From contig CAXXHA010000010.1 of assembly GCA_963662265.2 (NCBI GenBank), positions 256,001 through 320,000 on the forward strand: DNA of 64,000 nt, read 5' to 3'. Under the pieces are notes generated by a model, which did not search any database, was not told the origin of the DNA, and saw nothing but the letters and a program-made list of their open reading frames with translations. Below, in pieces: positions 29,483 to 39,050 of this stretch (the stretch's first letter is position 1; every line of letters begins with the position of its first letter). The translations under genes were made by a program, and so were the position numbers. This DNA comes from Spirochaetia bacterium. GTDB lineage: Bacteria > Spirochaetota > Spirochaetia > CADAEX01.

Positions 29483-30821
29483 ATGAAAAAATTCACTTTT
29501 TTATTATTCATATTATTATTCTCGATAATTTTTCCGCTCTTTTCACAGAATATTTATGAAAACAGGGATGTGGACAAGCTTGTGGAACGGGGAATAAAGT
29601 ATGAAAGAGATAATAATCTGTATGAAGCAATAAAGACATACAGACAGGTACTTCAGCTGGATGATAAAAATTTCCTTGCTCTTATCAGGCTTGCGAAGCT
29701 TCTGAGCTGGACAGAACAGACAGAGGAAGCTCTCTCAATACTGAACCGCCTGGAAAAGGAATATCCTGGCAACAGTGAAACGTATTTCAGGAAAGCCCAG
29801 GTTCTCAGCTGGCAGAAAAAACTATGATGAATCAATAAATTATTACAACAAATTCCTAGAAATGGAACCTGGAGATCTTGATGCAACAATGGGGCTGGGG
29901 AGGGTTTATTTCTGGTCAAAGAAATACAGGAAAGCGATAGACTACTTTAACCTTGCAATAGAAAACAACTACAGCGTAACAGAAGCCCGGCTGAATCTTG
30001 CAAAGATATATTTCAACATGAATGAATCGGTAAAAGCTGAAGAAATACTGCTTATTATCCTGGAGGAGGATCCTGATAATCCCGAGGCAAAAGAACTTTA
30101 CGCAACCCTTCCCCAGTTCATGAAATTCGAAGCTTCCCCATCTATTTTAAAAATGGATTTTTACGAAGGGGGAGATTTCGGCCTTAAACTGTCTCCTTTT
30201 CTCAATTACAGGCTGAACAAGATGTGGGACCTGCGTGTAAAATATGATTTTCTTTCTGCTGACAGCAAATCAGACAGTATATTCTCTGCTGGAGCCACAT
30301 TTAAAGGGGTTAAAAACCTTGCACTTGCTGCAGATATATCAGCGGCTGTCAATCCTGAACTGACTGAAGCCTTCAAGATTGCGGGGCAGGCCAACTACAG
30401 TATAAACAGAAATATCGGAGCAGGAATGGTTGTAGAGCATCTTGCATTCAAGGATATAAACAATCCTGTACAGAGCAATGAGAACCTCACAATTCTTAAA
30501 CCATCTTTCAGTTATTATTTTACAGATATAAGCTACACAACAATCCAGTATATTCAGTATCTTTACGGATCAGGATTCAGCACATCTGCTGTAAGCCTCA
30601 ATATTACACTGGAATACTATAATAAAAATGCCCTCAGCTTTGCGGTAACATATGGCGGAGACTATGAATCAATGGATGAAGACAGGGAGCTTTTTGAAGC
30701 GGGGGGTGGCATTTCCTATCTCTTCAACAACAATTTCCAGCTGGGATTAGGATTTACACATATTGAATCTGAATACAGCACAACAAATCAGGTTATTATA
30801 TCGCCTGTAATAAGGTGGTAG
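29483..30821 (+). CDS. TPR + outer-membrane beta-barrel protein (YaiO/PgaA-like exporter), frameshifted at the A6 tract 29816-29821
   Basis: Signal peptide; TPRs continue across the junction (VLSWQK-NYDESINYY); alternating beta-strands with a C-terminal Trp. Confidence 0.75.
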
Positions 30822-30840
30822 GTAAATATATTATTCTGTA

Positions 30841-30885
30841 AAAAAGCTGATAAACCACTTCTGGAACAGGTTATCAGCTTTTTTT
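30841..30885. terminator. Rho-independent terminator
   Basis: AAAAAGCTGATAA...TTATCAGCTTTTTTT. Confidence 0.8.
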
Positions 30886-31013
30886 ATATCCGGAAAACAA
30901 CAGCTCTTCATGATAATTTCTCATGTATAGGATGATATTAAATATACCATTATTTTCCGGCAGTGTTTTAATCCTCTTGACTAAAAAGGGGTGAATAATT
31001 ATAAACTCACCCT

Positions 31014-31376
31014 ATGAGCGGAAAAATCAGAGACTTTGCAGAAAAAATACTCGGTATCAGCCACGATATTCTTAAAAGAAGGACTGTTCACATAAAATTC
31101 ATTGTCACTCCCGGAAAAGTTGTTTTTGATCCCGAACTGTTTGTTAAATTCGAGGAAACTTACGGTGAGGGAAGCCTCTACCACAAGGATATTGCTGATG
31201 CAAATAATGTTCAGAGAGGAGCAGTCGCAGGCGGGGCCTATGTCTCTGTATCTCATGACAATGTTAAAATTACCGGATACAGCCAGGATTTCGGGTACAT
31301 AACCGGCTATGAGGATCTTGTAGAAAACTACTTCAGAAACTATTTCGACTGTCCTGTTGAATTTGAATCAGCATAG
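31014..31376 (+). CDS. Small protein resembling PHPT1/Janus-Ocnus phosphohistidine phosphatases
   Basis: IKFIV, YHKDI, GGAYV and ITGYSQDFG parallel PHPT1 FKYVL, YHADI, GGGRI and VYGYSMAYG. Confidence 0.6.
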   Translation: MSGKIRDFAEKILGISHDILKRRTVHIKFIVTPGKVVFDPELFVKFEETYGEGSLYHKDIADANNVQRGAVAGGAYVSVSHDNVKITGYSQDFGYITGYEDLVENYFRNYFDCPVEFESA

Positions 31377-31510
31377 CTGAATCATGAAAGGATTTCAGGC
31401 ATGGAATTTCTTCCCACTTCAGTAAAATAAATAGAATAAAACTCTTTTAATTTTTTAATAATTCAAACCCGGCAACTATACTGTTCCGGAACGGATTTAC
31501 TATCTCAATA

Positions 31511-32596
31511 CTATTCAAGAGCAACTGTTTCAGCAAAAATCTGCTCAAGATCTCCTGAGATCTCGGTAAAGACTTTATAGACATCCGGATCAAAATGTGA
31601 AGGATCTGTCCTTCCGTCCCCTTCGGTAATTATCCGGAAAGCAGTCTCATGATCAAAACTCTTTTTATAGGGCCTTTCACTCCTCAATGCATCATACTGA
31701 TCCGCAATCATTACAATTCGGCTTTCAATAGGGATAGAATCTCCTGAAAGACCATTCGGATACCCTCCGCCGCAGTATTTTTCATGATGAGAGAGGGCAA
31801 TTCTTCCCGCCATCTGTAGCTGGGGGGAAGTGGATTCCTTGAGTATTTTATATCCTATAGTTGTATGTTCCTTCATCAGCTGGAATTCAGCATCTGTAAG
31901 AGGACCGTTTTTCAGAAGAATGCTGTCAGGAATTCCGACCTTTCCTATATCATGCATCATGCCTGCAAGCTTGATAGTATCAATAAAATTCCTGTCCATC
32001 CCGAGTTTTTCAGCAATTCTGGCTGATATGTTGCCGATTCTTAAAATATGAGCGCCTGTATCTGAATCCCTGTACTCAGAGACAGAAACCAGCCTCATAA
32101 TTGTTTCAGTATTTGCAAGTTTAAGCTCTTCATATGCCTTGAAAAGCTCCCTGTCCTGTTCCTCGACACGCTGCTCAAGAGTTATTTTATAGTTTTCCTC
32201 TATCTTGAGCAGTTCTATAAAACGGAGAGCCTTATGAACAGATTTTTTCAGGATAACAAAATCTATAGGCTTGATAAGTATATCAAAAGCATCTTTCTTA
32301 ACTGCCTCAAAAGCAATTTCTATATCAGGAAAACCGGTGATAAGTATCACTGGTTTATTTATATCCTTTTCATGTATTTTGTTGAGAAGTTCAATCCCTC
32401 CCATTACCGGCATTTTTATATCAGTTATAACAAGATCAGCATCATTGCCGTCCAGGTATTCAAGTCCTTCAAGGCCATTAGATTTTTCTACAACATCATA
32501 ACCTACTGTCTCCAGGAGTCTTGCTATACTTCCCCGAATAAATTCATTGTCATCAATAATGAGAATTTTCTTCTTATCTGCATTCTGCTCCATCAA
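31511..32596 (-). CDS. Response regulator with HD-GYP phosphodiesterase domain
   Basis: REC (IIDD, TDIKMP, LIKP); RDSDTGAH, HDIGK, HHEKYCGGGYP, DQYDAL..RPYK. Confidence 0.95.
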   Translation of the reverse strand: MMEQNADKKKILIIDDNEFIRGSIARLLETVGYDVVEKSNGLEGLEYLDGNDADLVITDIKMPVMGGIELLNKIHEKDINKPVILITGFPDIEIAFEAVKKDAFDILIKPIDFVILKKSVHKALRFIELLKIEENYKITLEQRVEEQDRELFKAYEELKLANTETIMRLVSVSEYRDSDTGAHILRIGNISARIAEKLGMDRNFIDTIKLAGMMHDIGKVGIPDSILLKNGPLTDAEFQLMKEHTTIGYKILKESTSPQLQMAGRIALSHHEKYCGGGYPNGLSGDSIPIESRIVMIADQYDALRSERPYKKSFDHETAFRIITEGDGRTDPSHFDPDVYKVFTEISGDLEQIFAETVALE

Positions 32597-32821
32597 ATCC
32601 CCCGGTCCATATTAATAATATTATAGTTTATTTAATTTTGCATGTAAAAATTTATTTATACCATTTTTTTTAATCTTGATCCAACACAGGCAGATTCTGC
32701 CTGATCCCTTTCCGCATTTTGCAATTATTAAAATTCCGGCAGACAACAGGTTATGAATATGTTAAATCTGTGATATAAAAGTTCTGGGAATAATATGGAA
32801 ATTGCTGAAGGAGTATTATAA

Positions 32822-33295
32822 ATGGAAAATCTCAATCAGATACTTATAGATGGTGTTGAAGCAACAAATAACAATGATTTTGACAGGGCGGAAGAGATCT
32901 TCAGGGAAGCTCTGAAAAATTATCCGGACAATCACATAGTCCTGTATAATCTTGGAATAGTAATGCTGAAGACTGAAAAATTCTCTGATGCGGCTGAAAT
33001 ATTTGAAGAAGCTCTCAAATTTAAAAACACGGATCCTGATATCTGGACAGATGCCGGATTTGCATATCAGGAAATGGGCAATACAGAAAAGGCGCTGTCC
33101 TGTTATGAAAAAGCACTCGAAACAGCAGAAGACAAATCTGTAATTCTCAATAATATAGGAACTGTTTATTTTTCTCAGGAGAATTATAAAGAGGCAAAAA
33201 AATATTTCAGCCAGGCTCTAAGGGAAAACAGGGAATATACACAGGCAAGACAGAATCTCGCGCTTACAAACACTTTTCTTGATGTAATCTCCTGA
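32822..33295 (+). CDS. TPR protein
   Basis: About four TPR repeats; RBS AAGGAG. Confidence 0.9.
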   Translation: MENLNQILIDGVEATNNNDFDRAEEIFREALKNYPDNHIVLYNLGIVMLKTEKFSDAAEIFEEALKFKNTDPDIWTDAGFAYQEMGNTEKALSCYEKALETAEDKSVILNNIGTVYFSQENYKEAKKYFSQALRENREYTQARQNLALTNTFLDVIS

Positions 33296-33300
33296 TTTAT

Positions 33301-34224
33301 TTAAAGGAAAAATTCACTCCCCTCTACAGCAAGTGAAAACTCCATTTTCCGGTGGATATCTGCATATTTGTTTCTGTAGAAATCTATAAGAAAATCCAGC
33401 TCCTCATCTGTCCGTTCAGGGTCATGGTGTGTAAGAAGGAGTTTTTTTACTCCCGCACTGTAGCTCTTTTCTATTGCAAACTCAAAGCTAGAATGCCCCC
33501 AGCCAAGCTTGTCCTTTTCCATTTCATCCTTTGTGTACTGCGAATCATAAACAAGAATATCGGCGCCTGAGAAAAACTCTACAAGCTTCCTGTTCTCTTC
33601 GGCAGCTGCTGCTTCACCCTCTTCGGCTGCAGCACTGTCATAATCAGGATCATCAGGATCGGTTGGAAATACATTTCTGAAAGGCTCTGAATCTGTGGCA
33701 ATACAGAAACATTTACCGCCGCATTCTATTCTGTACCCGAGACAGAGTACAGGATGGTTGAGATATTTTGTAGTTATTTTAATTCCGTCCCTGAGGTAAA
33801 AAGATGTTTCTCTAAGGGGGTTATATTCCATTTCTGCAGAAAGTTCACTTTTTATAACAGGAAAATACCTGTACTGAAACTGGCTGCCTATGATTTCTTC
33901 GATACCGCCCTCTTCATATGTTACAGGTCCGTAAAACCTGAGCTTTGTCGAGGGAATATATATAGGCGTAAAAAAAGGAAACCCGAGAATATGGTCCCAG
34001 TGTGTATGTGTAATGAGAAAATCAAGATCAATATTTTTTCCCGGGAGATATTTTTTTACAAGATAGTTTCCGAGAAGTCTCAAACCTGACCCACCATCAA
34101 TAATTATTTCGCAGCCGCCGTCCTCAGGATCAATTTCAAGACATGTTGTATTTCCGCCATATTTCATTGTATCGGCGCCGGGACTCGGTATAGAGCCCCG
34201 CACTCCCCAGAGTTTTATTCGCAT
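33301..34224 (-). CDS. MBL-fold metallo-hydrolase (phosphodiesterase-like)
   Basis: WGVRGSIPSPG, THTHWDH, LNHP, DSQY, GWGHS, THHDP. Confidence 0.9.
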   Translation of the reverse strand: MRIKLWGVRGSIPSPGADTMKYGGNTTCLEIDPEDGGCEIIIDGGSGLRLLGNYLVKKYLPGKNIDLDFLITHTHWDHILGFPFFTPIYIPSTKLRFYGPVTYEEGGIEEIIGSQFQYRYFPVIKSELSAEMEYNPLRETSFYLRDGIKITTKYLNHPVLCLGYRIECGGKCFCIATDSEPFRNVFPTDPDDPDYDSAAAEEGEAAAAEENRKLVEFFSGADILVYDSQYTKDEMEKDKLGWGHSSFEFAIEKSYSAGVKKLLLTHHDPERTDEELDFLIDFYRNKYADIHRKMEFSLAVEGSEFFL

Positions 34225-34234
34225 AGACTATTCC

Positions 34235-35107
34235 TCAGTTTTTAATTTCAAGAAATATCCTGGCCTTGTCCATCTCCTCTTTTACATAGTCATTTATTTT
34301 TTCAGGATATGTTTCATCAACTCCGGCTTCCTTATAAACAGAGGCAATCGGAACATCCGGACATCTGTTTCCGGAATAATAACAGCCGAAAAGATTTGCA
34401 AAGTAATCTGCCAGAATTATAGTATAAGTCAGTTTTTTATATTTTTCATCCACAGAATTAATATCATGATGTGAAACAATAACATTTTTAACAGGATCTC
34501 CAAGATTCCAGGATTCAGCAATCATCAGCCCTGTTTCTGTGTGGTCCATTCCGAAAAACTCTTTTTCAGCTTCTGCTGTAGAGCCGTAAAAGCCACCTGC
34601 CCGTTTTTCAACCAGCTCTGTATATTCTCCGGGAAAACATGATATCAGCGGTATTTTTCCTATATCATGAAGAAGTCCGTTGATGAAGTATTCCTCCTGC
34701 TCGGCTCTGCTGATTCCTGTGTCTGATGCAATTTTTCTGGCAATAATCCCGGTGCAGAGGGAATGTTCCCAGAATTTATCGCTGTTCATTTTCACAAAAT
34801 TCTTTTCCCCGGACATAAGCCCCATGACTGCGGAGCTGAGCGCGAGGTTTTTTACAGTATTCATTCCAAGCATGATAATTGCACGGACAAGAGAAGTAAC
34901 TTTATCGGAAAGGCCGTAATAGGCAGAATTAATAAGTTTCATGACCTTGCCCATAAGCACAGGGTCAAGGCTTATAACTTTATAAAGATCTACAGGCGAT
35001 GTTTTTGGATTATCACAGATTTCCTGAACCTTGGAAACAGTAACAGGCAGACTCGGCATATTTTTGATGTAGCTGGAGACAACTTTCAGCCGATTACCCT
35101 TCATCAT
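34235..35107 (-). CDS. HDOD domain protein
   Basis: MPSLP, DPVLMGKVMKLINSAYYG, FWEHS, GLLHDIGK, DHTETG..IAESWNL. Confidence 0.92.
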   Translation of the reverse strand: MMKGNRLKVVSSYIKNMPSLPVTVSKVQEICDNPKTSPVDLYKVISLDPVLMGKVMKLINSAYYGLSDKVTSLVRAIIMLGMNTVKNLALSSAVMGLMSGEKNFVKMNSDKFWEHSLCTGIIARKIASDTGISRAEQEEYFINGLLHDIGKIPLISCFPGEYTELVEKRAGGFYGSTAEAEKEFFGMDHTETGLMIAESWNLGDPVKNVIVSHHDINSVDEKYKKLTYTIILADYFANLFGCYYSGNRCPDVPIASVYKEAGVDETYPEKINDYVKEEMDKARIFLEIKN

Positions 35108-37475
35108 TGTTTACCTCTTTAAGCTTTCCAAGAATATTATCAAGCCGTGTGCTGACAGCTTTTCCGGTATCTTTCTCCGGAAGAAAATCAGCAAGTGATT
35201 TTATATAGGAAAGAGTACCTGCTATTTCATTTTCGGTCAAATTTCCATCAACTTCACTGGAATTCCCTGAAACTTCACTCTTATCCTCTGTTTTTACAGA
35301 ATCTATCAGGCCCCTGTTCCCGTTCAGCTTCATCCTGAGCGAATCTATCCGAAGCCTTGTCATGCTGTGCCTGAATTTATCATGAAGAGGAGGTTTGAGA
35401 TCCTCAGCCATGTCTTCAAGATGCCCGAGCAGATTTGAAATCAGAGGGTTTTCATAACCTGATTCCTCCCTGTAATTTACAGGATTATCATCTATTTCAG
35501 GGACCTCTTCAGGCTCCGGCTTTTTTTCCTTTTTTTCTTCAGGCGTATCTTCTTTTATCTCCGGTTCAGACGTTATTTCCTCTTTTGTCTCAGGCTCAGC
35601 CGGGGGTGGAGGCATGTACTGCGGAGGGGGAGGCATGAATACAGGGACAGGTGTATACTGAGGAGGTGCGGAGGCTTCAACCTGTTTTGTAATTTCCTCA
35701 CGGATCTTCTCCTCTTTCTCCTGAAAATATCCCTCACTCTTATCAGGATCAAATTCCTCTTCTATTTCATCAAGCCGGACATGTATTTCCTCTTCATTGA
35801 TTTCTATTACAGGCTCAATTCCCCCGACATCAATTATGGGAACATATTCATCCTCCAGGGCAGATACTGAATCCAGAAGAAAGCTGTTTTCCTCCAGCAC
35901 TTCAGGCTCGCCTGTATCTTCCCTGACAAATTCCTTTATAAACACCCCTATTCTGCTGTCAATTTCATCCCTGTTCTGTTTTGCAAAAGAATCTGAGGCC
36001 TTGTCAAAAAGCTCAACACCCTTTCCAAGCATTTCAATATCAATATCTTCCTGGGATCCGATAAGCCGGCTTGCATACTCCACCGACTTTTCCCTGTCAC
36101 CAATCTGATTATATACATCTACAAACGATGATATTGTCTCGGGATAATTCTGCATATCACCCTTTAGTGATTTTAAAACATTCAATGCATCTTCATATTT
36201 TCCCTGGGACTTCAGAACATCTGTATAGTTGATCAGCAGGGGATAATTTCCCGGGTCTTTTTTAAGCAGATCCCTGAGAAGTATTTCCGCATTGTCCCTG
36301 TCACCAGATGCAATCAATAACTGGGATTTTGCTGTTTTAAGAGCAGCATTGTCAGGAGCCTTGCTTTCCGCCCTGTTTAAAACCGCTTCAGCCTCTTCGA
36401 TTTTCCCTTTTTTGAGAAGAAGCATCCCTCTGGAGGAGACTGCAGTAATATTATCAGGTTCGTTTTCAATTATTCTTTCAATTATATTTTCAGCTTTTTC
36501 TGTCTCCCCCTTGTCCAGATAGACAGATGCCTTGTGCAGTTTTATATCATTGTTCTCGGGAGAAAGGAGTTCAACCCGGCTGAGCTCCTCGAGCGCGTTA
36601 TCAAACTCCCCGTTTTCCCGGTATATTTCTCCCAGGTTAATCGAAGCTTTTATATATCCCGGATTATCGGAAATTGCCTCGCGGAAAAACTTTTTTGCAT
36701 CCTCCCTGCTGCCGATATCCCTGTATGTCGTTCCAATGTTGTTTTTCACCATGGGGTTCCCGGGCTCAATGCTGAGAGCATCATGAAATGTTTTTATCGC
36801 TCGGTTATGCTGCCTGTTTTTTTTATATGCAATTCCCAGGTTGTTGAGGCTGTCTACCCAGACAGGCTGCGAAGAGAGTGCGTGTTTATACATCTGGATA
36901 GCATCATCAATCCTGTCCAAGCTGTCATATAGTATTCCAAGGTTATACAAAAGTGATGGGTTGTTTTCATCAACCTTAAGCCCTTCCCGGAAAACCTGCT
37001 CAGCTTTTTCAGTTTCGCCGGCATTCTGGTACAGTGTGCCGAGATTATTGTAACACTGGACAAAGCTGCTGTTCAGCTGAATTGCGGATAGAAAATATTT
37101 TTCAGCATTTGTAAAATCATTTTTCTGTTTATAGATATTCCCGATATTATAGTTGATTTCCGGACTGTCCGGATAAAGAGAGAGTGCCTTTTCAAGGTAA
37201 TATAATGCCTTGTCAGGATTATTTTTCTGCCTGTAAATTACAGCGATATTGGAATAACTGTCAGGGTTGTCCGGGTTTACAGAGAATGCCTCGTTATAGT
37301 ATTTTTCTGCATTTTCAAGATCACCCTGGAGGAAATAAATATTACCGAGAGTAATATGGAGTTTGTCATTGTCCTGATCATCTTCAAGTGCTTCAAAGAC
37401 TGTTTCTTCAGCTTTTTTATAATCCTTAATCTGAATCAGAGATGATATTTTGTCATAAAGTTCTTTGCTCAACAT
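35094..37475 (-). CDS. Large TPR protein with acidic/proline-rich C-terminal region
   Basis: More than ten TPRs (YNNLG, LYNLG); PPQYTPVPVFMPPPPQYMPPPP linker. Confidence 0.9.
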   Translation of the reverse strand: MLSKELYDKISSLIQIKDYKKAEETVFEALEDDQDNDKLHITLGNIYFLQGDLENAEKYYNEAFSVNPDNPDSYSNIAVIYRQKNNPDKALYYLEKALSLYPDSPEINYNIGNIYKQKNDFTNAEKYFLSAIQLNSSFVQCYNNLGTLYQNAGETEKAEQVFREGLKVDENNPSLLYNLGILYDSLDRIDDAIQMYKHALSSQPVWVDSLNNLGIAYKKNRQHNRAIKTFHDALSIEPGNPMVKNNIGTTYRDIGSREDAKKFFREAISDNPGYIKASINLGEIYRENGEFDNALEELSRVELLSPENNDIKLHKASVYLDKGETEKAENIIERIIENEPDNITAVSSRGMLLLKKGKIEEAEAVLNRAESKAPDNAALKTAKSQLLIASGDRDNAEILLRDLLKKDPGNYPLLINYTDVLKSQGKYEDALNVLKSLKGDMQNYPETISSFVDVYNQIGDREKSVEYASRLIGSQEDIDIEMLGKGVELFDKASDSFAKQNRDEIDSRIGVFIKEFVREDTGEPEVLEENSFLLDSVSALEDEYVPIIDVGGIEPVIEINEEEIHVRLDEIEEEFDPDKSEGYFQEKEEKIREEITKQVEASAPPQYTPVPVFMPPPPQYMPPPPAEPETKEEITSEPEIKEDTPEEKKEKKPEPEEVPEIDDNPVNYREESGYENPLISNLLGHLEDMAEDLKPPLHDKFRHSMTRLRIDSLRMKLNGNRGLIDSVKTEDKSEVSGNSSEVDGNLTENEIAGTLSYIKSLADFLPEKDTGKAVSTRLDNILGKLKEVNNDEG

Positions 37476-37480
37476 ATTAT

Positions 37481-38989
37481 TTACCTGCTGCCAGCTGCCG
37501 GTCTTGCACTGATTTCAGCAGAATAATTACCACCTTTTTTTATAATTTTACCGATTGCCGATGCTGTCCTGTAATAGGAACTTACAGCCATATAATATAC
37601 TTTACCATTTTCAAGATTATCTATAACTATATTATTATTCAATCCGGCATCTATCGGGGATGAGGGGAATTTACTTCCGGATCCGAAGTAATGACCCGGT
37701 TTTTCCCCGATATAAACAAGATAGCCGGCAATTCCTGAATCAGGAACAGATGACCAGCGGAGCAGTATTTTCCCGTCAGATACTTCTGCCTTGACAACAG
37801 CGGGCGGAGGCGGGGGGCTTTTCTCGTCATACCGCAGTGTAATAGTATTTACAGAAGGGGAAATGTTTTTTTCACCGTCTGAATAAAGAACCCCCTTGAG
37901 CCAGAGAAACCTTCCTCCTGAAATCCGGACCTTGCCCTTTTCCAGAATATTCCATCCGTCACAATCCTGATCCCCCCCGGCGGAAGAATCAGCTGAAGCC
38001 AGGTTATCCGGAATAAAAGGAGTATCTGAAAGGCAGTAATAATATTTAATATCTGTACCGGGAGGGACAGTATCACTTATTCCCACATTGAAAAGCTCAG
38101 ACCTGCTGTGTTTGAGATCTATCATCTCTGTTATAAAATATCCAGAATAATCACCTATACGGCTGAGGCTGGCTTCTTCCACCCACTCACCCTGTATCCG
38201 GAATTCATCGATAGAGCCGGTGAATTTCTCCCCCAGCTCAATCCTGCTGCTTGTTCCGGCATAAAACGGATAAGTGCGGCCGGATTCTCTTCCCTCACGG
38301 TTTACATGCGCGACAGCTTCCGGTATTCCGTTGTAGAGATATTCAAGCAGCGCTGTATCGGAATTATAGCGGAGCATGTGATGAGACCATTTTCCCGGGA
38401 TAATTCTTCTGCTCCCCTTGAGAGTTATACTGAAAGGCTCCATGTCGGAAGAAAGAAAAAGGTTTTTTATATTCCAGGAGATTATTCTGTCTTCCAGAAA
38501 GCATTTGAAATGCTGAGGAAGTATTTTACGCCCGGTATCTGTATAGTTTTCATAGAGGAAATAAGTTTCACCATCTGCAGTATTTCTGCTGTTAAGCCAG
38601 AATTCCACAGTAAAATTTCCCGAATATATCCTGTCGGGAAAAAAACTTCTTTTTCCGGAATCAAGTGATGCAGGGCCGTTTCCTTCATTGAAAATTCCGC
38701 CCCCACTGCCGAGTTTCCTGATTTTTTTAGATATATTCAAATTTGATATTTTACAGCGGCCGGTGGAATCATACATATCATCTTCATTGAAGTGAAGAAG
38801 TATTATTGTTTTGCGGTCTGCAGTTCTTTCATTATCCCTCAGAGAGATGGAAATGGAATTATTCTCTGTTTTCTGTACAATATTCCGGCTTTCAGCAAGG
38901 GGCCAGAATTTATCACCAACTTCATATACCCTGTCCGTTGAATAAACACTGAACAGAGGGATTATTAATAAAAATACTATCTTTTTCAC
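37481..38989 (-). CDS. Secreted LamG/concanavalin-like + fibronectin type III protein
   Basis: Signal peptide; FTVEFWL, WSHH and FTGSIDEFRI (LamG); LRWS..GYLVY..LENGKVYYMAVSSY (FN3). Confidence 0.8.
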   Translation of the reverse strand: MKKIVFLLIIPLFSVYSTDRVYEVGDKFWPLAESRNIVQKTENNSISISLRDNERTADRKTIILLHFNEDDMYDSTGRCKISNLNISKKIRKLGSGGGIFNEGNGPASLDSGKRSFFPDRIYSGNFTVEFWLNSRNTADGETYFLYENYTDTGRKILPQHFKCFLEDRIISWNIKNLFLSSDMEPFSITLKGSRRIIPGKWSHHMLRYNSDTALLEYLYNGIPEAVAHVNREGRESGRTYPFYAGTSSRIELGEKFTGSIDEFRIQGEWVEEASLSRIGDYSGYFITEMIDLKHSRSELFNVGISDTVPPGTDIKYYYCLSDTPFIPDNLASADSSAGGDQDCDGWNILEKGKVRISGGRFLWLKGVLYSDGEKNISPSVNTITLRYDEKSPPPPPAVVKAEVSDGKILLRWSSVPDSGIAGYLVYIGEKPGHYFGSGSKFPSSPIDAGLNNNIVIDNLENGKVYYMAVSSYYRTASAIGKIIKKGGNYSAEISARPAAGSR

Positions 38990-39050
38990 TGGTCAAAATC
39001 TCTTTGTAATTATTATTATATAGTTAACCTTATTGGAATTATCGGCAAAA

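Noticed and set aside
39039-39046. GCCGATAA sigma28 -10 match (minus strand; another on + at 10131)
   Set aside because: No TAAA -35 element at the 15-bp spacing in either case.
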